Shown in pieces: positions 52,746 through 63,387 of a stretch of DNA of 64,000 bases. Position 1 is the first letter of the stretch. Each line of letters begins with the position of its first letter. Below the pieces are notes generated by a model that saw only the letters and a list, made by a program, of their open reading frames with translations, did not search any database and was not told the origin of the DNA. The stretch comes from Myxococcota bacterium (GTDB lineage: Bacteria > Myxococcota_A > UBA9042 > PHBI01 > JAWLBL01): assembly GCA_041687695.1 (NCBI GenBank), contig JAWLBL010000022.1, forward strand, positions 1 through 64,000. The letters are read 5' to 3'. The translations under genes were made by a program, and so were the position numbers.

Positions 52746-52943
52746 TCGGACCTCCGGGGGGCCCGAAGCAGCGGGGTGGCCCTCCCGAGCCGCAGCCTGG
52801 GCAAGAAGCGGGCCAAGGCGCGGAGGTCGGCCTGGATGGCGGCTTTGGCGCGATCGACGGCCGGAGAGGGACCGGGAGATGCGTCAAGGGTGTGCCATGT
52901 CGCACAGGGCGTCGTGCGGGGTGACACCCGGGGTGGGGCGAGG

Positions 52944-53774
52944 TCAGCGGGGGCGGGCGCGGCGGGCGCGTTCGACGACGTAGAGCAGGCGGGCGGCGAA
53001 GAGGACGGCGTCGGTGTTGTCCTCGGCGACGGTGTCCGAGACCGAGGAGGAGCGCAGGTGGCGCGTGCGGTCGCGCAGGCGCTGCGTCGGCACGGGCGGG
53101 ACGCGACCGGCGGCGCGCTCGAGGGCGGCGTCGACGCGGGCGCCGGGGCAGGCGGCCTCGAGGCGGGCGAGCAGGGCGAGGTAGTTGGTCTGGGCGGAGA
53201 CGACGCGCGCGTCGCCGAGGCCTTCGTAGTCGAGGGCGTCGCGGGACAGGCGGACGCACAGGTCGGGCCCGACGGACCAGAGCAGCGCGAAGGCTTCGTC
53301 TTCCGTGGTGCGGTCGACCTCGCGCGTGGTCTTGGACTTGGACATCGGGACGCCCATGGCGAGGGCGCCCAGGCGGACCTTCTTGCGGGTGGTCTCGGTG
53401 GTGGTCTCGCTGGCGTGCAGGGCGCGGGCGCGGCAGATGAGGCCGACGCGGGCGAGCGGGACGGCGGTGGCGGCGCCGCGGCGGTCGAGGAGCTCGAGGT
53501 GATCGGGGGCGAAGCGGAAGGCGCGGGCGTCGAGGACCGGGGGGACGTGGTCGAGGACGGCGTCGTCGAAGGCCCAGGCTTCGAGGCCGGCCTGGGTGAG
53601 CGTGGCCGCGACGGCGTGGGCCTGGGCGGGGGTGTCGCGCCAGGCGGCGATGAAGGGCAGGCCGCGGAGCAGGACCTGGCGGTGCTCGTAGGCGCCGCCG
53701 CCGACGGTGTCGGCGAGGGCGGCCGACGCGGCGGCGGGATCGGCTTGGCCGGGGGCGACGAGGACGAAGTGCAC
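52944..53774 (-). CDS. Hypothetical protein
   Basis: 276-aa ORF, GTG start with GGAGG upstream, strong GC3 bias. Confidence 0.7.
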   Translation of the reverse strand: MHFVLVAPGQADPAAASAALADTVGGGAYEHRQVLLRGLPFIAAWRDTPAQAHAVAATLTQAGLEAWAFDDAVLDHVPPVLDARAFRFAPDHLELLDRRGAATAVPLARVGLICRARALHASETTTETTRKKVRLGALAMGVPMSKSKTTREVDRTTEDEAFALLWSVGPDLCVRLSRDALDYEGLGDARVVSAQTNYLALLARLEAACPGARVDAALERAAGRVPPVPTQRLRDRTRHLRSSSVSDTVAEDNTDAVLFAARLLYVVERARRARPR

Positions 53775-53945
53775 GGCGGGGCCTCCGGCGCGAGCCTAAC
53801 ACGGGCAGAGGCGTTCGGCGGTTTCGTGCGGTGACGCCAGCCCGCTTTCGGCTCGCGAGCAGGCGTGCTAGCGTGCGGGATACCGATGAGGGGAGCGGGA
53901 AGCGTGCGGCCGGCGCCGGCCGGGCGGCGCCCGGAGGAGGGGGAG

Positions 53946-55076
53946 ATGTACGAGGCACAGGTCCGTAAGAGCCCGGTCACCGACGCCGCCGAGGCGGCCG
54001 CGCCCGCGGCGATGAAGGGTGGGGCGCGCGCGCAGCTCGCCGGCAAGTCCTACGCCGAACAGGCGGCGGCGCTCTCTCCGACGTCGCGGAACGCGCCGGC
54101 CGCGACGCCGGCGCCGCAGAACGCGCCGGTGCAGCTCAAGAAGAAGAAGAAAAAGAAGAAGAAGCAGCAGCAGCGCCGCCCGCAGACGAACCAGCGGCCG
54201 CAGCAGAACCAGGATCCGGTCAAGGCGACGACCCCGGTCGAGGAGCCGAAGCTCGAGGAGCCCAAGGTCGAGGAGCCGGTCGAGCTCGAGGACCCGGCCC
54301 TGCGCGAGAAGCACCGCGACGGCTCGGTCGAGTACCAGCGGTACACCGGAGACCTGTTCGTCAACGGCGTGTCGCCCGAGGACGTCATCCAGGGCTCGAT
54401 CGCCGACTGCTACCTCATCGCGGCGCTGTGCGCGGTCGCCAGCTCCAACCCCGATCTCATCACGAGCGGCGTCAAGCCGGCCGGCGTGGGCGCGTGGGAG
54501 GTGCGCTTCTTCGAGCGGCAGGCGAACCGGACCTTCAAGGAGGTCTGGATCAAGGTGGACGCCGATCTGCCGACGCTCAAGGGCCGCACCGCGCCGGCCT
54601 ACGCGCGGTCGGGCGACAAGAACGACAAGGGCCTCGAGCTGTGGCCCGCCGTCTTCGAGAAGGCCTACGCCGTCTGGAAGCAGGGCTACGACAAGATGGG
54701 CGAGGGCGGCTCGTCGAAGGGCGCGCTCGAGGCGCTGACCGGCAAGTCGGTCGACACGATGACCACCGAGTGGACGCCCGCCGACACGATCTGGGCCAAG
54801 CTCGAGAAGGCGTCCAAGGACGGCAAGCTCGGCAAGGCGGCCTCGGCCGGCACCCACGGCAAGGACCGGCAGGATCTGTACGAGGGCAAGCGCCTGTACG
54901 CCTGGCACGCCTACACCGTCATGGGCATCGAGTCGGCCGGCGGCGAGCGCTTCGTCATCCTGCGCAACCCGTGGGGCCAGTCGGAGCCCGGCGCGGACGG
55001 CAAGGACGACGGCATCTTCAAGCTGACGCTCGAAGAGTTCATGAAGTACTACCAGAACCTGAACCTCGAGCTCTGA
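53946..55076 (+). CDS. Calpain-like (peptidase C2) cysteine protease
   Basis: QGSIADCYL.AAL, LWPAVFEKAYA, HAYTV, LRNPWG. Confidence 0.9.
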   Translation: MYEAQVRKSPVTDAAEAAAPAAMKGGARAQLAGKSYAEQAAALSPTSRNAPAATPAPQNAPVQLKKKKKKKKKQQQRRPQTNQRPQQNQDPVKATTPVEEPKLEEPKVEEPVELEDPALREKHRDGSVEYQRYTGDLFVNGVSPEDVIQGSIADCYLIAALCAVASSNPDLITSGVKPAGVGAWEVRFFERQANRTFKEVWIKVDADLPTLKGRTAPAYARSGDKNDKGLELWPAVFEKAYAVWKQGYDKMGEGGSSKGALEALTGKSVDTMTTEWTPADTIWAKLEKASKDGKLGKAASAGTHGKDRQDLYEGKRLYAWHAYTVMGIESAGGERFVILRNPWGQSEPGADGKDDGIFKLTLEEFMKYYQNLNLEL

Positions 55077-55110
55077 CGCCCCTCGCCGCGTGGGCCGACG
55101 ACGGCGGGCG

Positions 55111-56160
55111 CTACTCGAAGGCGCCTGCCGTCGCGGCGCGCGGGCGGGCGGCGCCGGCGAGGTCGGTCGCGACGCGGCCCGGACCCGGTGGCTCGGCGAG
55201 GCCGCGGGCCGGCGAGTCGGGCGCGGGCCGGTAGGGCTCGGGGGCGTCGGCGCCGACGAAGTCCGGGGCGCCGTGGCGGTTGGTCGGGTGGCGCGGGGCC
55301 GCGCCGGCGGGGCCGTCGAGCAGGCTGCGCACCACCTCGACGCGCGCCGCGGGGTGTTGGGTGGCCGCGTGGACCAGCGGGCCCCCGGCGTGGGACAGCA
55401 GGCTGTCCTTGACGACCAGCGTCGGGGCCCGCGTGGTCGTGCCCGTGACGCGGAAGAGGGCGTCGCCGCGGTTGTCGGCCAGGGTGGAGGCCACGACGCG
55501 CAGCTCGGCGCCGTCCGAGACGTTCACGACCGCGCCGGTGGCGGCGGCGTTGCCCGTGACGAGGCAGGTGTCCAGGGTCACGCGCGCGGTGCCGTCGGCG
55601 ATGATGGCCGCGCCTCCGCGCTCGGCCTCTCCGCCCGTGATGCGGCAGCGCTCGAAGCGCACCTCGCCGTCATCGGCGTACAGGCCCCCGCCGCCCGCGG
55701 CCCCGCCGCGACCGCCCTCGAGGACGCACCCGACCAGCGTCACGCGGGTCGGCCCTGCGACGCGCAACGCGCCGCCGGCCTCGCCGTCGACCCCGCCCCG
55801 CAGCGCCAGCCCTTCGAGCCGCACGTCGGCGTCGGCCGTCAGCATCACCGTCGGCCCGCGCCCGCCCGCGTCGAGGACCACGGGGCCGCCCGGCAGCGCC
55901 CTGAGCGTCGCCGATCGCGGCACCTGGATGGGCGCCCGATACTCGCCGGGCTCGAAGCACAGCACCCCCGCTTCGGGCAGGCCCAAAATGGCCGCGCGCA
56001 GGTCGTCGCCGGGGCCGATGGTTCGCGTGCACTCGCTCATCGCCGCTCCCTTGCCGTCCGGTGGCGTCGCGGCCGCCCTGGGCGTCGGCGTCCCGCCGAT
56101 CACCGCCCACCCCAACAGCGCCCCCCCGAGGAGGACACCACGCCGCGTCGCTCCGCGCAT
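55111..56160 (-). CDS. Right-handed beta-helix (pectin-lyase-like) protein, possible Tat substrate
   Basis: TRRGVL signal; GG.GGA repeats; DL.G..R...TAGAFE end. Confidence 0.7.
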   Translation of the reverse strand: MRGATRRGVLLGGALLGWAVIGGTPTPRAAATPPDGKGAAMSECTRTIGPGDDLRAAILGLPEAGVLCFEPGEYRAPIQVPRSATLRALPGGPVVLDAGGRGPTVMLTADADVRLEGLALRGGVDGEAGGALRVAGPTRVTLVGCVLEGGRGGAAGGGGLYADDGEVRFERCRITGGEAERGGAAIIADGTARVTLDTCLVTGNAAATGAVVNVSDGAELRVVASTLADNRGDALFRVTGTTTRAPTLVVKDSLLSHAGGPLVHAATQHPAARVEVVRSLLDGPAGAAPRHPTNRHGAPDFVGADAPEPYRPAPDSPARGLAEPPGPGRVATDLAGAARPRAATAGAFE

Positions 56161-56251
56161 CCATCCACCGCTGTACCGCCGCCCCTCGAGGCCGTCAAGC
56201 GGACGCGGCGACGGCGAGGAACGCGCGCGGGACCGACGCGGTTGAAAAGAC

Positions 56252-56578
56252 ATGCAACACACCACCGACACCGACCCCGAGCTGGCGGAGCTCGAGCGGC
56301 GCCTGGAGCGCCGCGCGGCCGCCTTCCAGACCTTCCTGCGCGTGCGTGCGGTCGTCGGGCTCGTGCTGATGGTCGCCGGCGCGGCGGGGCTGACGCTCTC
56401 GCTGATGGCCGTCGGCTTTCTGGCCTTCGACGTGAGCCTGCCCGGCGTGAGCGACGCGGTCGCCGCCCTGGGCGCCGTCGCGGCCGTGGTCCTGCCCGCG
56501 CTCGGAGGCCTGGTCGCCTGGCGACTGGGTCGGTTCTATTGGCGGGGCCGCAACGCCTCGCTCACCGACGAGCCCTGA
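56252..56578 (+). CDS. Small membrane protein
   Basis: Two hydrophobic segments. Confidence 0.6.
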   Translation: MQHTTDTDPELAELERRLERRAAAFQTFLRVRAVVGLVLMVAGAAGLTLSLMAVGFLAFDVSLPGVSDAVAALGAVAAVVLPALGGLVAWRLGRFYWRGRNASLTDEP

Positions 56579-56626
56579 GCGCGCCCTAGCGCTTCGTCGT
56601 CACGCACTGACCGGAGAGACAGAGCG

Positions 56627-57067
56627 ATGCACGTCCCCAACTCCGTCACCACCGCTGGCCTGACCGTGCTGCGCGTCGGCGCCGGCCTCTTGTTCATGCA
56701 GCACGGCGCCCAGAAGCTGTTCGGCTGGCTGGGCGGCGACCAGGTCGACGCCATCGTGTCGTTGATGGGCCTGGCCGGGATCCTGGAGTTCTTCGGCGGG
56801 ATGCTGATCGTCGTCGGCCTGCTGACGCGGCCCGTGGGCCTGGTGCTGGCCGCCGAGATGGTGGTGGCCTACTTCATGGCTCACGCGCCGCAGGGACCCT
56901 GGCCCATCAACAATGGCGGCGAGAAGGTGTTGCTCTTCGCCCTCATCTTCCTGTTCTTGGCGACTCGCGGAGCTGGCGCCGTCAGCGTCGACGCGCTGTT
57001 CCGGCGCCGCCATCGCCCCGGCGAGGCGACCAGGACGAGGGCCTGGCGGCCCATCGAAGAGACCTGA
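56627..57067 (+). CDS. DoxX family protein
   Basis: HGAQKLFGW, LEFFGG.L...GL.TRP, G.G..SVD. Confidence 0.9.
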   Translation: MHVPNSVTTAGLTVLRVGAGLLFMQHGAQKLFGWLGGDQVDAIVSLMGLAGILEFFGGMLIVVGLLTRPVGLVLAAEMVVAYFMAHAPQGPWPINNGGEKVLLFALIFLFLATRGAGAVSVDALFRRRHRPGEATRTRAWRPIEET

Positions 57068-57119
57068 CGCAGCGCGGGAGCCCACGGCGCGTGACGCGTC
57101 GCGGGCCCCGGCGCGCGTG

Positions 57120-60100
57120 TCAGCGGGACCGGAGGAACGTGAAGGTCACCAGCTTGTCGATCTCGCCCTCGATGAGGCTGGTCGACACGACGCTGGCGTT
57201 GCCGTCGGTCGGCTGCCAACCGTTCGGGTCCCAGTAGCCGTACACCTCGAGCGTGTCACTGGTCGAGACGGACACGGAGGGGGGCACCGAGATCTGGATC
57301 GGCGCCGCGGCGGGGACGCCGCTGCCCAGGCCGGAGAAGTTGACGTCGTAGATGACGCGGGTCTTGCGGTCGATCGGGCCCGTGGCCGTGCCGCGGGTGA
57401 TGGTCGTCGTGAACGTGCTGTCGAAGGTCTCGGCGCGCACCTCGATCTGGAGGCCGTCGACGAAGTTCAGCGTCGTGGCGCCCGGGCCGAAGGTCGCCAG
57501 GTACGGGTAGCTCAGGTTGCTCAAGGTGCACTCGCGGGTCAGGGTGTCGGTCGACATGATGGAGCCGCCTCGGCCACGTAGGCCGCCGAGCGCCTCCGAG
57601 GCTGCGCGCGCAGCGTCTACTGCGTCGCGGTCGAGGAGGCGCGGGAATGAAGGGAGTTGTTCCGTCGGTGAGGTCGCCGCGGGCGAGAGCGCCCGAGCCG
57701 CGTCATGGTTGCCTATCTTCTCGAAGATCACAACCGCCGCCGCGGCGTGTCGGGCCGCCCGCGTCTCGTCGCCCCGGGCCCGCAGCGCCGTCGACAAGGC
57801 TGCATGGCACTGCGCCAGGCGATCGTTGACCACGCCGAGGTCGAGCGCGATCTCGAGCGCCCGGCGCAGCAGCTGCTCCCCCCCGGCCGCGTCTCCGGCC
57901 GCGGTGGCGGCCTCGCCCTGCGTCACCAGGGCCGAGCACATGTCCTCGACGCTGCCGAGCTCCTCGGCCAGCCTCGACGCGAACGCAGCCGACTCCAGCG
58001 CTTCGTCGTGCCGGCCCATCTTGGCCGCGACGTCGGCCATGTTCATCATCGCGCGCTGCAGGCCGCGCCGATCGGCGACGCGCTCGAAGACCGCGACGGA
58101 CCGGCGCGCAAAGGCCTCGGCCTCTTCGGGACGCCCACGCCGCAACTCGAGCGCGCTCCCCAGCCGCAGCGCGTGACCCAGCCCGCGCCGGTGGCCCGCG
58201 GCCTCGAGCACGGTGATGCACTCGCCGAGGTGCTTCGCCGACGCTTGGAAGGATCCCGAGGTGAGGAGCCAGGCGGCCCTCTGGTACAGGCACCGGCCCA
58301 ACGCGACCGGGTCTCCGAGCCGCCGACGGATGCGCTCCTCGGCCTCGAGCAGCTCGATGCTGGCCGCATGCTCGGTGCGCCAGAACATCAGCTGGGCCAG
58401 GCCGCCGAGCGCGTCCGCCTCGAGGGCGCCGTCGTCATGGGCGCGCGCCAGCTCGAGCGCGCCCCGGAAGAGGGCCTCGGCGTCGTCGTAGCGCCCGCGC
58501 TTGAAGTGGATGTGCCCCGCCTTGGTGCGCACGTGACCGGCCTTGGCGGCGTTGTCGATCGCGCTCCACCCCAGCGCCGCCCGGGCGTAGGCGTCGGCCG
58601 CCGCGGCGTCGTCGCCACGCGCGTCCGCCACGTCACCGCGCAGCTCGAGCGAGCACGGATCGTCCGGCACCCGGCCCAGCGCGTCGATGGCCTCGTCCAG
58701 ACGCCCGGCCGGCAGCAGCGCGCTCGCGAGCCCGCACCAGATGGTGCGCCGCAGCGGGTCGGGCGCGTCCGTCCGATCCAGCAGCGCCGCCGCCCGCTGC
58801 CACAGCTCGATCGCCTCGGCCGCCTCGTGCCTTCGCGCCGCCAGCCCGGCGGCTCGGGCGAGGTGCGGGAGGGCGCGCGCAGGGACCCCCGCGGCTTGCC
58901 AGTGTCGGCCGATCGCCTCGGCGTGCGCGTCCAGCGCGTCACCGTAGAAGGCCTCGAGCGCCTCGGCCGCCCAGCGGTGCAGCGACGGCCCGTCGGGGGC
59001 CGCGGCCGCGTGGGCCAGCAGCACCTCCTGGACGAACCCGTGCTCGAACTGCACGACGTCCTCGTCCCAGTTCTCGAGGTCGCGCAGCCAACCGCCGTCG
59101 ACCAGGCGATCGAGGCGCGCGTCGAGGGTGTCGGCCAGGGCGTGGGCGCCCTCGAGGGTCAGCATCCGGGTCAAGAGATCCACCGGGATGCGCACCCCCA
59201 ACAGCGCCGCGCGCAGGATCACCTGAAACGCGGCGTCGCCGTCGCGCTCGGCCTTGAGCCGCTCGAGGCGTCGGCCCATCAGGGCCGTCAGGGGCTCGGG
59301 CAGCGCGCCCCGGTGGGTCAGGCGCCACGAGCCGGCCGCCCGCTCGATGGCCCCCTCGGCCGCCATGTGCCGCACGAGCTGCAGCATGTGGAGCGGGTTC
59401 CCTCCGGCGCGTTGCAGGACGTAGCGGACGGCGGCGTCGTCCACCCCCGGCAACGCCGCGCGGACGAGGGCCGCGCTGTCCTCGGGCGTCATCTCGGTGA
59501 CACGGACGACCTGCTGACGCGCGGCCAGGATGTTCGCGAGCCGGGCCGACAGCCCGACGCCGTCGACCGGGCCCCGGGCCCCGTGGGGCTCACGCGGCCC
59601 GGGGCCCAGCGTCTGGGCGCTCGTGCGCACGACCAGGCACAGCATCACGGGCCATGGCGTGTCGGCCAGCGCCCAGGCCAGGTGCTCGACGAGCGTAGGA
59701 TCCGCCAGGGCCTCCTCGCGGAGGTCATCGACGATCGCGAGGGTCGGCCCCGAGCCCATCGCGGCCATCAGCGCGCGCGCCTGCGCGTCGTAGACCAGGG
59801 CCCTGCGTTCGGCCTCGGACAGGCCCGCCCCGAGCGCGGCGGCCTCGCTGGGCGAGGGGCGGTCGTTGGTGCGGGCGCGGCCGCCGGACAGGGCCTGGAC
59901 CACGTCGCGCAGGGCGACCAGGAGGCCGGCGTTGCCCGCGGGGGCCAAGGTCACTGCGACGCGCGCCATGTTCCGGCGGGCCTGGTTGACGAGCCACTCG
60001 ACCAGCTTGGTCTTGCCGACGCCGCCCGAACCTTCGAGGACCAGCAGCGCGCCGCCGGCGCCGCTCAGGGCCTGCTCGGTGAAGCGGCCGAGCGCTTCGC

Positions 60101-61214
60101 GCAGCTTGGGGCGGCCGACGAGGGGCGGCCGGAAGAGGGCGGCCTTGGCGACCTGGGTGTCGAGATGCGGCTCGATGGGCGGCTGGGGCGCGAGGGGGCC
60201 GGCCGGCGACTCGAGGATCGGGGCCTCTGGGGTGCCGTGGGCCCAGGCGGCGAGGCGAGTGGCCACCTGGCCTGCGGTGGGCGGGCGCTTGGCGGGGTCC
60301 TTGGCCAGCAGCTCGAGGCACAGGGCCTCGAGGTCGGGGGGGATGGCGCCGGCTGGCTGAAAGTGGCTCGGCGGCGGCGGCGGGCGATGGAGGTGCTCGA
60401 CGAGGATGCCCAGCGGGGTGTCGGCGCGGAAGGGCGGTCGGCCCGTCAGCAGCTCGTAGAGGATGACCCCCAGCGCGTAGAGGTCGGAGCGGGCGTCGGC
60501 CGGGGCGCCCTGCACCTGCTCGGGGCTCATGTAGCCGGGCGTGCCGAGGACGGCGCCGGTCTGCGTCACGCTGTCGGAGGCGTGGGCCTCGAGCGGCTTG
60601 GCCAGCCCGAAGTCCACGACCTTGGTGCGCTCGTAGCCGGCGTCGTCGCGGATGACGAGGATGTTCGCCGGCTTGAGATCGCGGTGGACGATGCCGCTGG
60701 CGTGGGCGGCGGACAGGGCGTCGGCGACCTGCGCGGCGAGGTGGGCGGCGCGGGCGGGGGCGAGCGGCGCCTCGTGATCGATGACGCGGGTGAGCGGGTC
60801 GCCGTGGAGGATCTCCATGGCGATGTAGAGGGTGCCGTTCTGGGTCTGGCCCGAGTCGAGGATGGTCACGACGCCTGGGTGCGAGACGGCGGCGGCGGTG
60901 CGGGCCTCGCGAAGGAAGCGCTTGAGCTCGGCCGGATCGCGGGTGGCCGAGGGGGCGATGAACTTGAGGGCGACCGGGCGCTCGAGCGAGCGCTGGCGGG
61001 CGGCGAAGACCACGCCCATGCCGCCCTGGCCCAGAGGGCGCTCGAGGATGTAGCGGCCGTCCACCGTGTCGCCGGGGGCCAGGCCGCGCGGCAGCCGGAA
61101 CAGGGGGGCGTCGTCCTGCGGACACCGGGCGCTGACCCGCGGATCGGCGGGCGGGGTGACGTCGCGAACCTCTCGCTCGCAGGTCGGGCAGTACAGGACG
61201 GCGGCTTCGTTCAA
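57120..61214 (-). CDS. Ser/Thr protein kinase with AAA ATPase and TPR domains plus extra C-terminal domain
   Basis: [32 protein letters not shown]; Walker [17 protein letters not shown]-like helices. Confidence 0.9.
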   Translation of the reverse strand: MNEAAVLYCPTCEREVRDVTPPADPRVSARCPQDDAPLFRLPRGLAPGDTVDGRYILERPLGQGGMGVVFAARQRSLERPVALKFIAPSATRDPAELKRFLREARTAAAVSHPGVVTILDSGQTQNGTLYIAMEILHGDPLTRVIDHEAPLAPARAAHLAAQVADALSAAHASGIVHRDLKPANILVIRDDAGYERTKVVDFGLAKPLEAHASDSVTQTGAVLGTPGYMSPEQVQGAPADARSDLYALGVILYELLTGRPPFRADTPLGILVEHLHRPPPPPSHFQPAGAIPPDLEALCLELLAKDPAKRPPTAGQVATRLAAWAHGTPEAPILESPAGPLAPQPPIEPHLDTQVAKAALFRPPLVGRPKLREALGRFTEQALSGAGGALLVLEGSGGVGKTKLVEWLVNQARRNMARVAVTLAPAGNAGLLVALRDVVQALSGGRARTNDRPSPSEAAALGAGLSEAERRALVYDAQARALMAAMGSGPTLAIVDDLREEALADPTLVEHLAWALADTPWPVMLCLVVRTSAQTLGPGPREPHGARGPVDGVGLSARLANILAARQQVVRVTEMTPEDSAALVRAALPGVDDAAVRYVLQRAGGNPLHMLQLVRHMAAEGAIERAAGSWRLTHRGALPEPLTALMGRRLERLKAERDGDAAFQVILRAALLGVRIPVDLLTRMLTLEGAHALADTLDARLDRLVDGGWLRDLENWDEDVVQFEHGFVQEVLLAHAAAAPDGPSLHRWAAEALEAFYGDALDAHAEAIGRHWQAAGVPARALPHLARAAGLAARRHEAAEAIELWQRAAALLDRTDAPDPLRRTIWCGLASALLPAGRLDEAIDALGRVPDDPCSLELRGDVADARGDDAAAADAYARAALGWSAIDNAAKAGHVRTKAGHIHFKRGRYDDAEALFRGALELARAHDDGALEADALGGLAQLMFWRTEHAASIELLEAEERIRRRLGDPVALGRCLYQRAAWLLTSGSFQASAKHLGECITVLEAAGHRRGLGHALRLGSALELRRGRPEEAEAFARRSVAVFERVADRRGLQRAMMNMADVAAKMGRHDEALESAAFASRLAEELGSVEDMCSALVTQGEAATAAGDAAGGEQLLRRALEIALDLGVVNDRLAQCHAALSTALRARGDETRAARHAAAAVVIFEKIGNHDAARALSPAATSPTEQLPSFPRLLDRDAVDAARAASEALGGLRGRGGSIMSTDTLTRECTLSNLSYPYLATFGPGATTLNFVDGLQIEVRAETFDSTFTTTITRGTATGPIDRKTRVIYDVNFSGLGSGVPAAAPIQISVPPSVSVSTSDTLEVYGYWDPNGWQPTDGNASVVSTSLIEGEIDKLVTFTFLRSR

Positions 61215-61299
61215 CGGCGGCGCCTCGGCGGTTCGGGCGCGAATGTGCCCGAAGGCGGCCCCGGTGGCAACCGCCGCCCGGGGCCGGGCCCCGCTCTCG

Positions 61300-63219
61300 T
61301 TAGTTCATGCCGCCCGGGAACCCGTAGCTCATCGCGCCGTTGTAGCCGTAGACGACGAGGCCGAACGGCTGATCGCCGGCCAGCTTGTGCACCCCCGCCT
61401 TCAGCTCGAGGTAGCCGTACTCCCAGCCGCCCGCGCCGAAGGTCTGGAAGAGCGAGGCCGGGACCGGGCCGCCGGCGGAGGAGACGGTCGCGCCGACCGG
61501 CTTGATGATGGTGACCCAGTTGGTGTCATAGCCCGGGGGGATGGTCAGGGCGTAGAAGTCGCGGTAGCGCTGGGTCGGGACGGCCAGGATCAGGCTGGGA
61601 TCGCCGGTGCCCTGGGTGGTGCCCTCGGAGCCGATGAGGTACTGGCCCACCTGGATCTTGCCCGTGGCCTGGATCTCGAACGACTGGTCGGAGTAGACCT
61701 CGACCCAGTCGCCGCGCTTTTGCAGCGTGACGTTGTTCACGCCCGGCTGCGGCGGGTTGGTCGTGACGGTCACGTTGGCTTCGGCCGCCTGGATGCGCCA
61801 CAGGTCGGGGTCGTTGCCACGGGGCTTTGACTTCACGGCCAGGTAGCTCTGGTCGAGGACGTGCAGCGGGAACATCTGCTCCTCGAGGTGATCGAGGTAG
61901 CCGCTGGCCTCGCTGTTGGTCGGGTTTGCGATGGCCGCCGACTCATGGCCGGCGAAGACGGCGACCGGCTTCTTGGCGCTGACCGTCGACCCCGTCAGGT
62001 CGCAGGTCTCGAACAGGGTCGCGGGCTCGCACTCGACGTTGAGGATCTCGCCCTTGTTGATGGTCACCGTCTGGATCGCGCCCTTCTGCATCGCCGCCAC
62101 CTTGTCGCCGGCGGCGACGCGGCCGGTGACCTGGAACGTCACCTCGGTGTCGTCGTGGACGCCGACCACGGTGAAGAAGCCGTTGACGTTCTCCATCGCG
62201 GGCATGCCGGGGATGGGGAACTGGATGAGGCCGCGCGGGTCGGTGGGCCAGCTGAGGATGACGTAGTCGCTGCCGAGGAAGCTCTCGGGGAGCAGCAGCG
62301 AGGCGTCGTTCGACCAGATGGCCTTCCAGGGGTTGAACTGGTGGACCAGGATGGGGCGGCTGGACTTGAAGCGGATGCCCTTGTGCGACACGCCGGTGCC
62401 CTCGGTGTTGAGGACGGGCATCATGAAGACCTTGCTCTCGCCGGCCTTGACCGTGTTGTCGGTGCTCTGGATGGTGACGCCGGGCGGCGGCTCCCAGGTG
62501 ATGGTCGCGTCCATCTCGTTGGGGTTCGAGATGACCAGGGCGTGCGGGAGATCCTCGGGGTTGGTCGGCGTGATGGTCGGGTCCGGCCAGTTCGGCAGGT
62601 CGACCGTCCAGTACGAGCAGCCGACGTAGGAGCCGAACTTGGGGTCGGCGAAGCAGGCGCCGGTGCACTTGCCGGAGGTGCAGTACTCGTTCTCGGGGCA
62701 GGGGACCGGGTCGGAGAAGCCGCTGCCGTCGGGCAGGCAGGACTTCACGGCGGCCAGCCCCTCGCAGAAGGTGGTCCCGGCCTGGCAGAGGACCGGCTTG
62801 CAGGCGCCGTCCAGGCACTGGTGCGACGAAGGGCAGGGCTTGGGCACGAAGGCGGTGCCGGTGGCGTCGCAGGTCATGACCGCGGCGTTGCCGTAGCAGG
62901 CTTCGGTCTCGCCGGCGGTGCAGCCGCCCGGCGCCGGGGCGACGCACCAGCCGTCGACGCAGGTCGCGGGGGCCGCGCAGTCGCCGCAGCCGGCGGCGCC
63001 GTCCGGCAGCGGGGCGTCGGCGGTCGGGGCGTCGGCGGTCGGGGCGTCGTCCGAGGTCTTGGCGTCGGTGTCGCCGAAGCTGGTCTCGGCGCCGACGTCG
63101 ATGGGGACGCCGACGCCGCCCTGGTTGGGGTCGCTGCAGGCGCCCCATGACAGGGCGGCGGCGGCCAGGAGGGCGGCCAGAGGGGGGGTGGGGGCGGCGA
63201 TGTGGATCGTGCGGCGCAT
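61300..63219 (-). CDS. IgGFc-binding-protein-type lipoprotein
   Basis: Lipobox WGAC; SYVGC.YW.VDL, SNDASLLLP, DHLEEQMFP, GDPS, SYGFPGG. Confidence 0.88.
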   Translation of the reverse strand: MRRTIHIAAPTPPLAALLAAAALSWGACSDPNQGGVGVPIDVGAETSFGDTDAKTSDDAPTADAPTADAPLPDGAAGCGDCAAPATCVDGWCVAPAPGGCTAGETEACYGNAAVMTCDATGTAFVPKPCPSSHQCLDGACKPVLCQAGTTFCEGLAAVKSCLPDGSGFSDPVPCPENEYCTSGKCTGACFADPKFGSYVGCSYWTVDLPNWPDPTITPTNPEDLPHALVISNPNEMDATITWEPPPGVTIQSTDNTVKAGESKVFMMPVLNTEGTGVSHKGIRFKSSRPILVHQFNPWKAIWSNDASLLLPESFLGSDYVILSWPTDPRGLIQFPIPGMPAMENVNGFFTVVGVHDDTEVTFQVTGRVAAGDKVAAMQKGAIQTVTINKGEILNVECEPATLFETCDLTGSTVSAKKPVAVFAGHESAAIANPTNSEASGYLDHLEEQMFPLHVLDQSYLAVKSKPRGNDPDLWRIQAAEANVTVTTNPPQPGVNNVTLQKRGDWVEVYSDQSFEIQATGKIQVGQYLIGSEGTTQGTGDPSLILAVPTQRYRDFYALTIPPGYDTNWVTIIKPVGATVSSAGGPVPASLFQTFGAGGWEYGYLELKAGVHKLAGDQPFGLVVYGYNGAMSYGFPGGMN

Positions 63220-63387
63220 GGCGAGTGTCTAGCGGCTCTCGCGGCGAGAGTCCAGACGCGACGAGGGCGCGAGCGTCACCACGGGAAACAGGCAGGACGT
63301 CGGGGCGCGCCAGAGGCGGGTCGGCGCGTGCGAATCCGCCACGGGTGGGGTACAAGCCTGGGCCGCACCCTGTCCGGAGTCACGCGC

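Noticed and set aside
52890..52906. TGTGCCATGTCGCACA upstream of hemN as a redox-regulator site
   Set aside because: Single imperfect palindrome, no FNR consensus, and no second copy found upstream of ccoG
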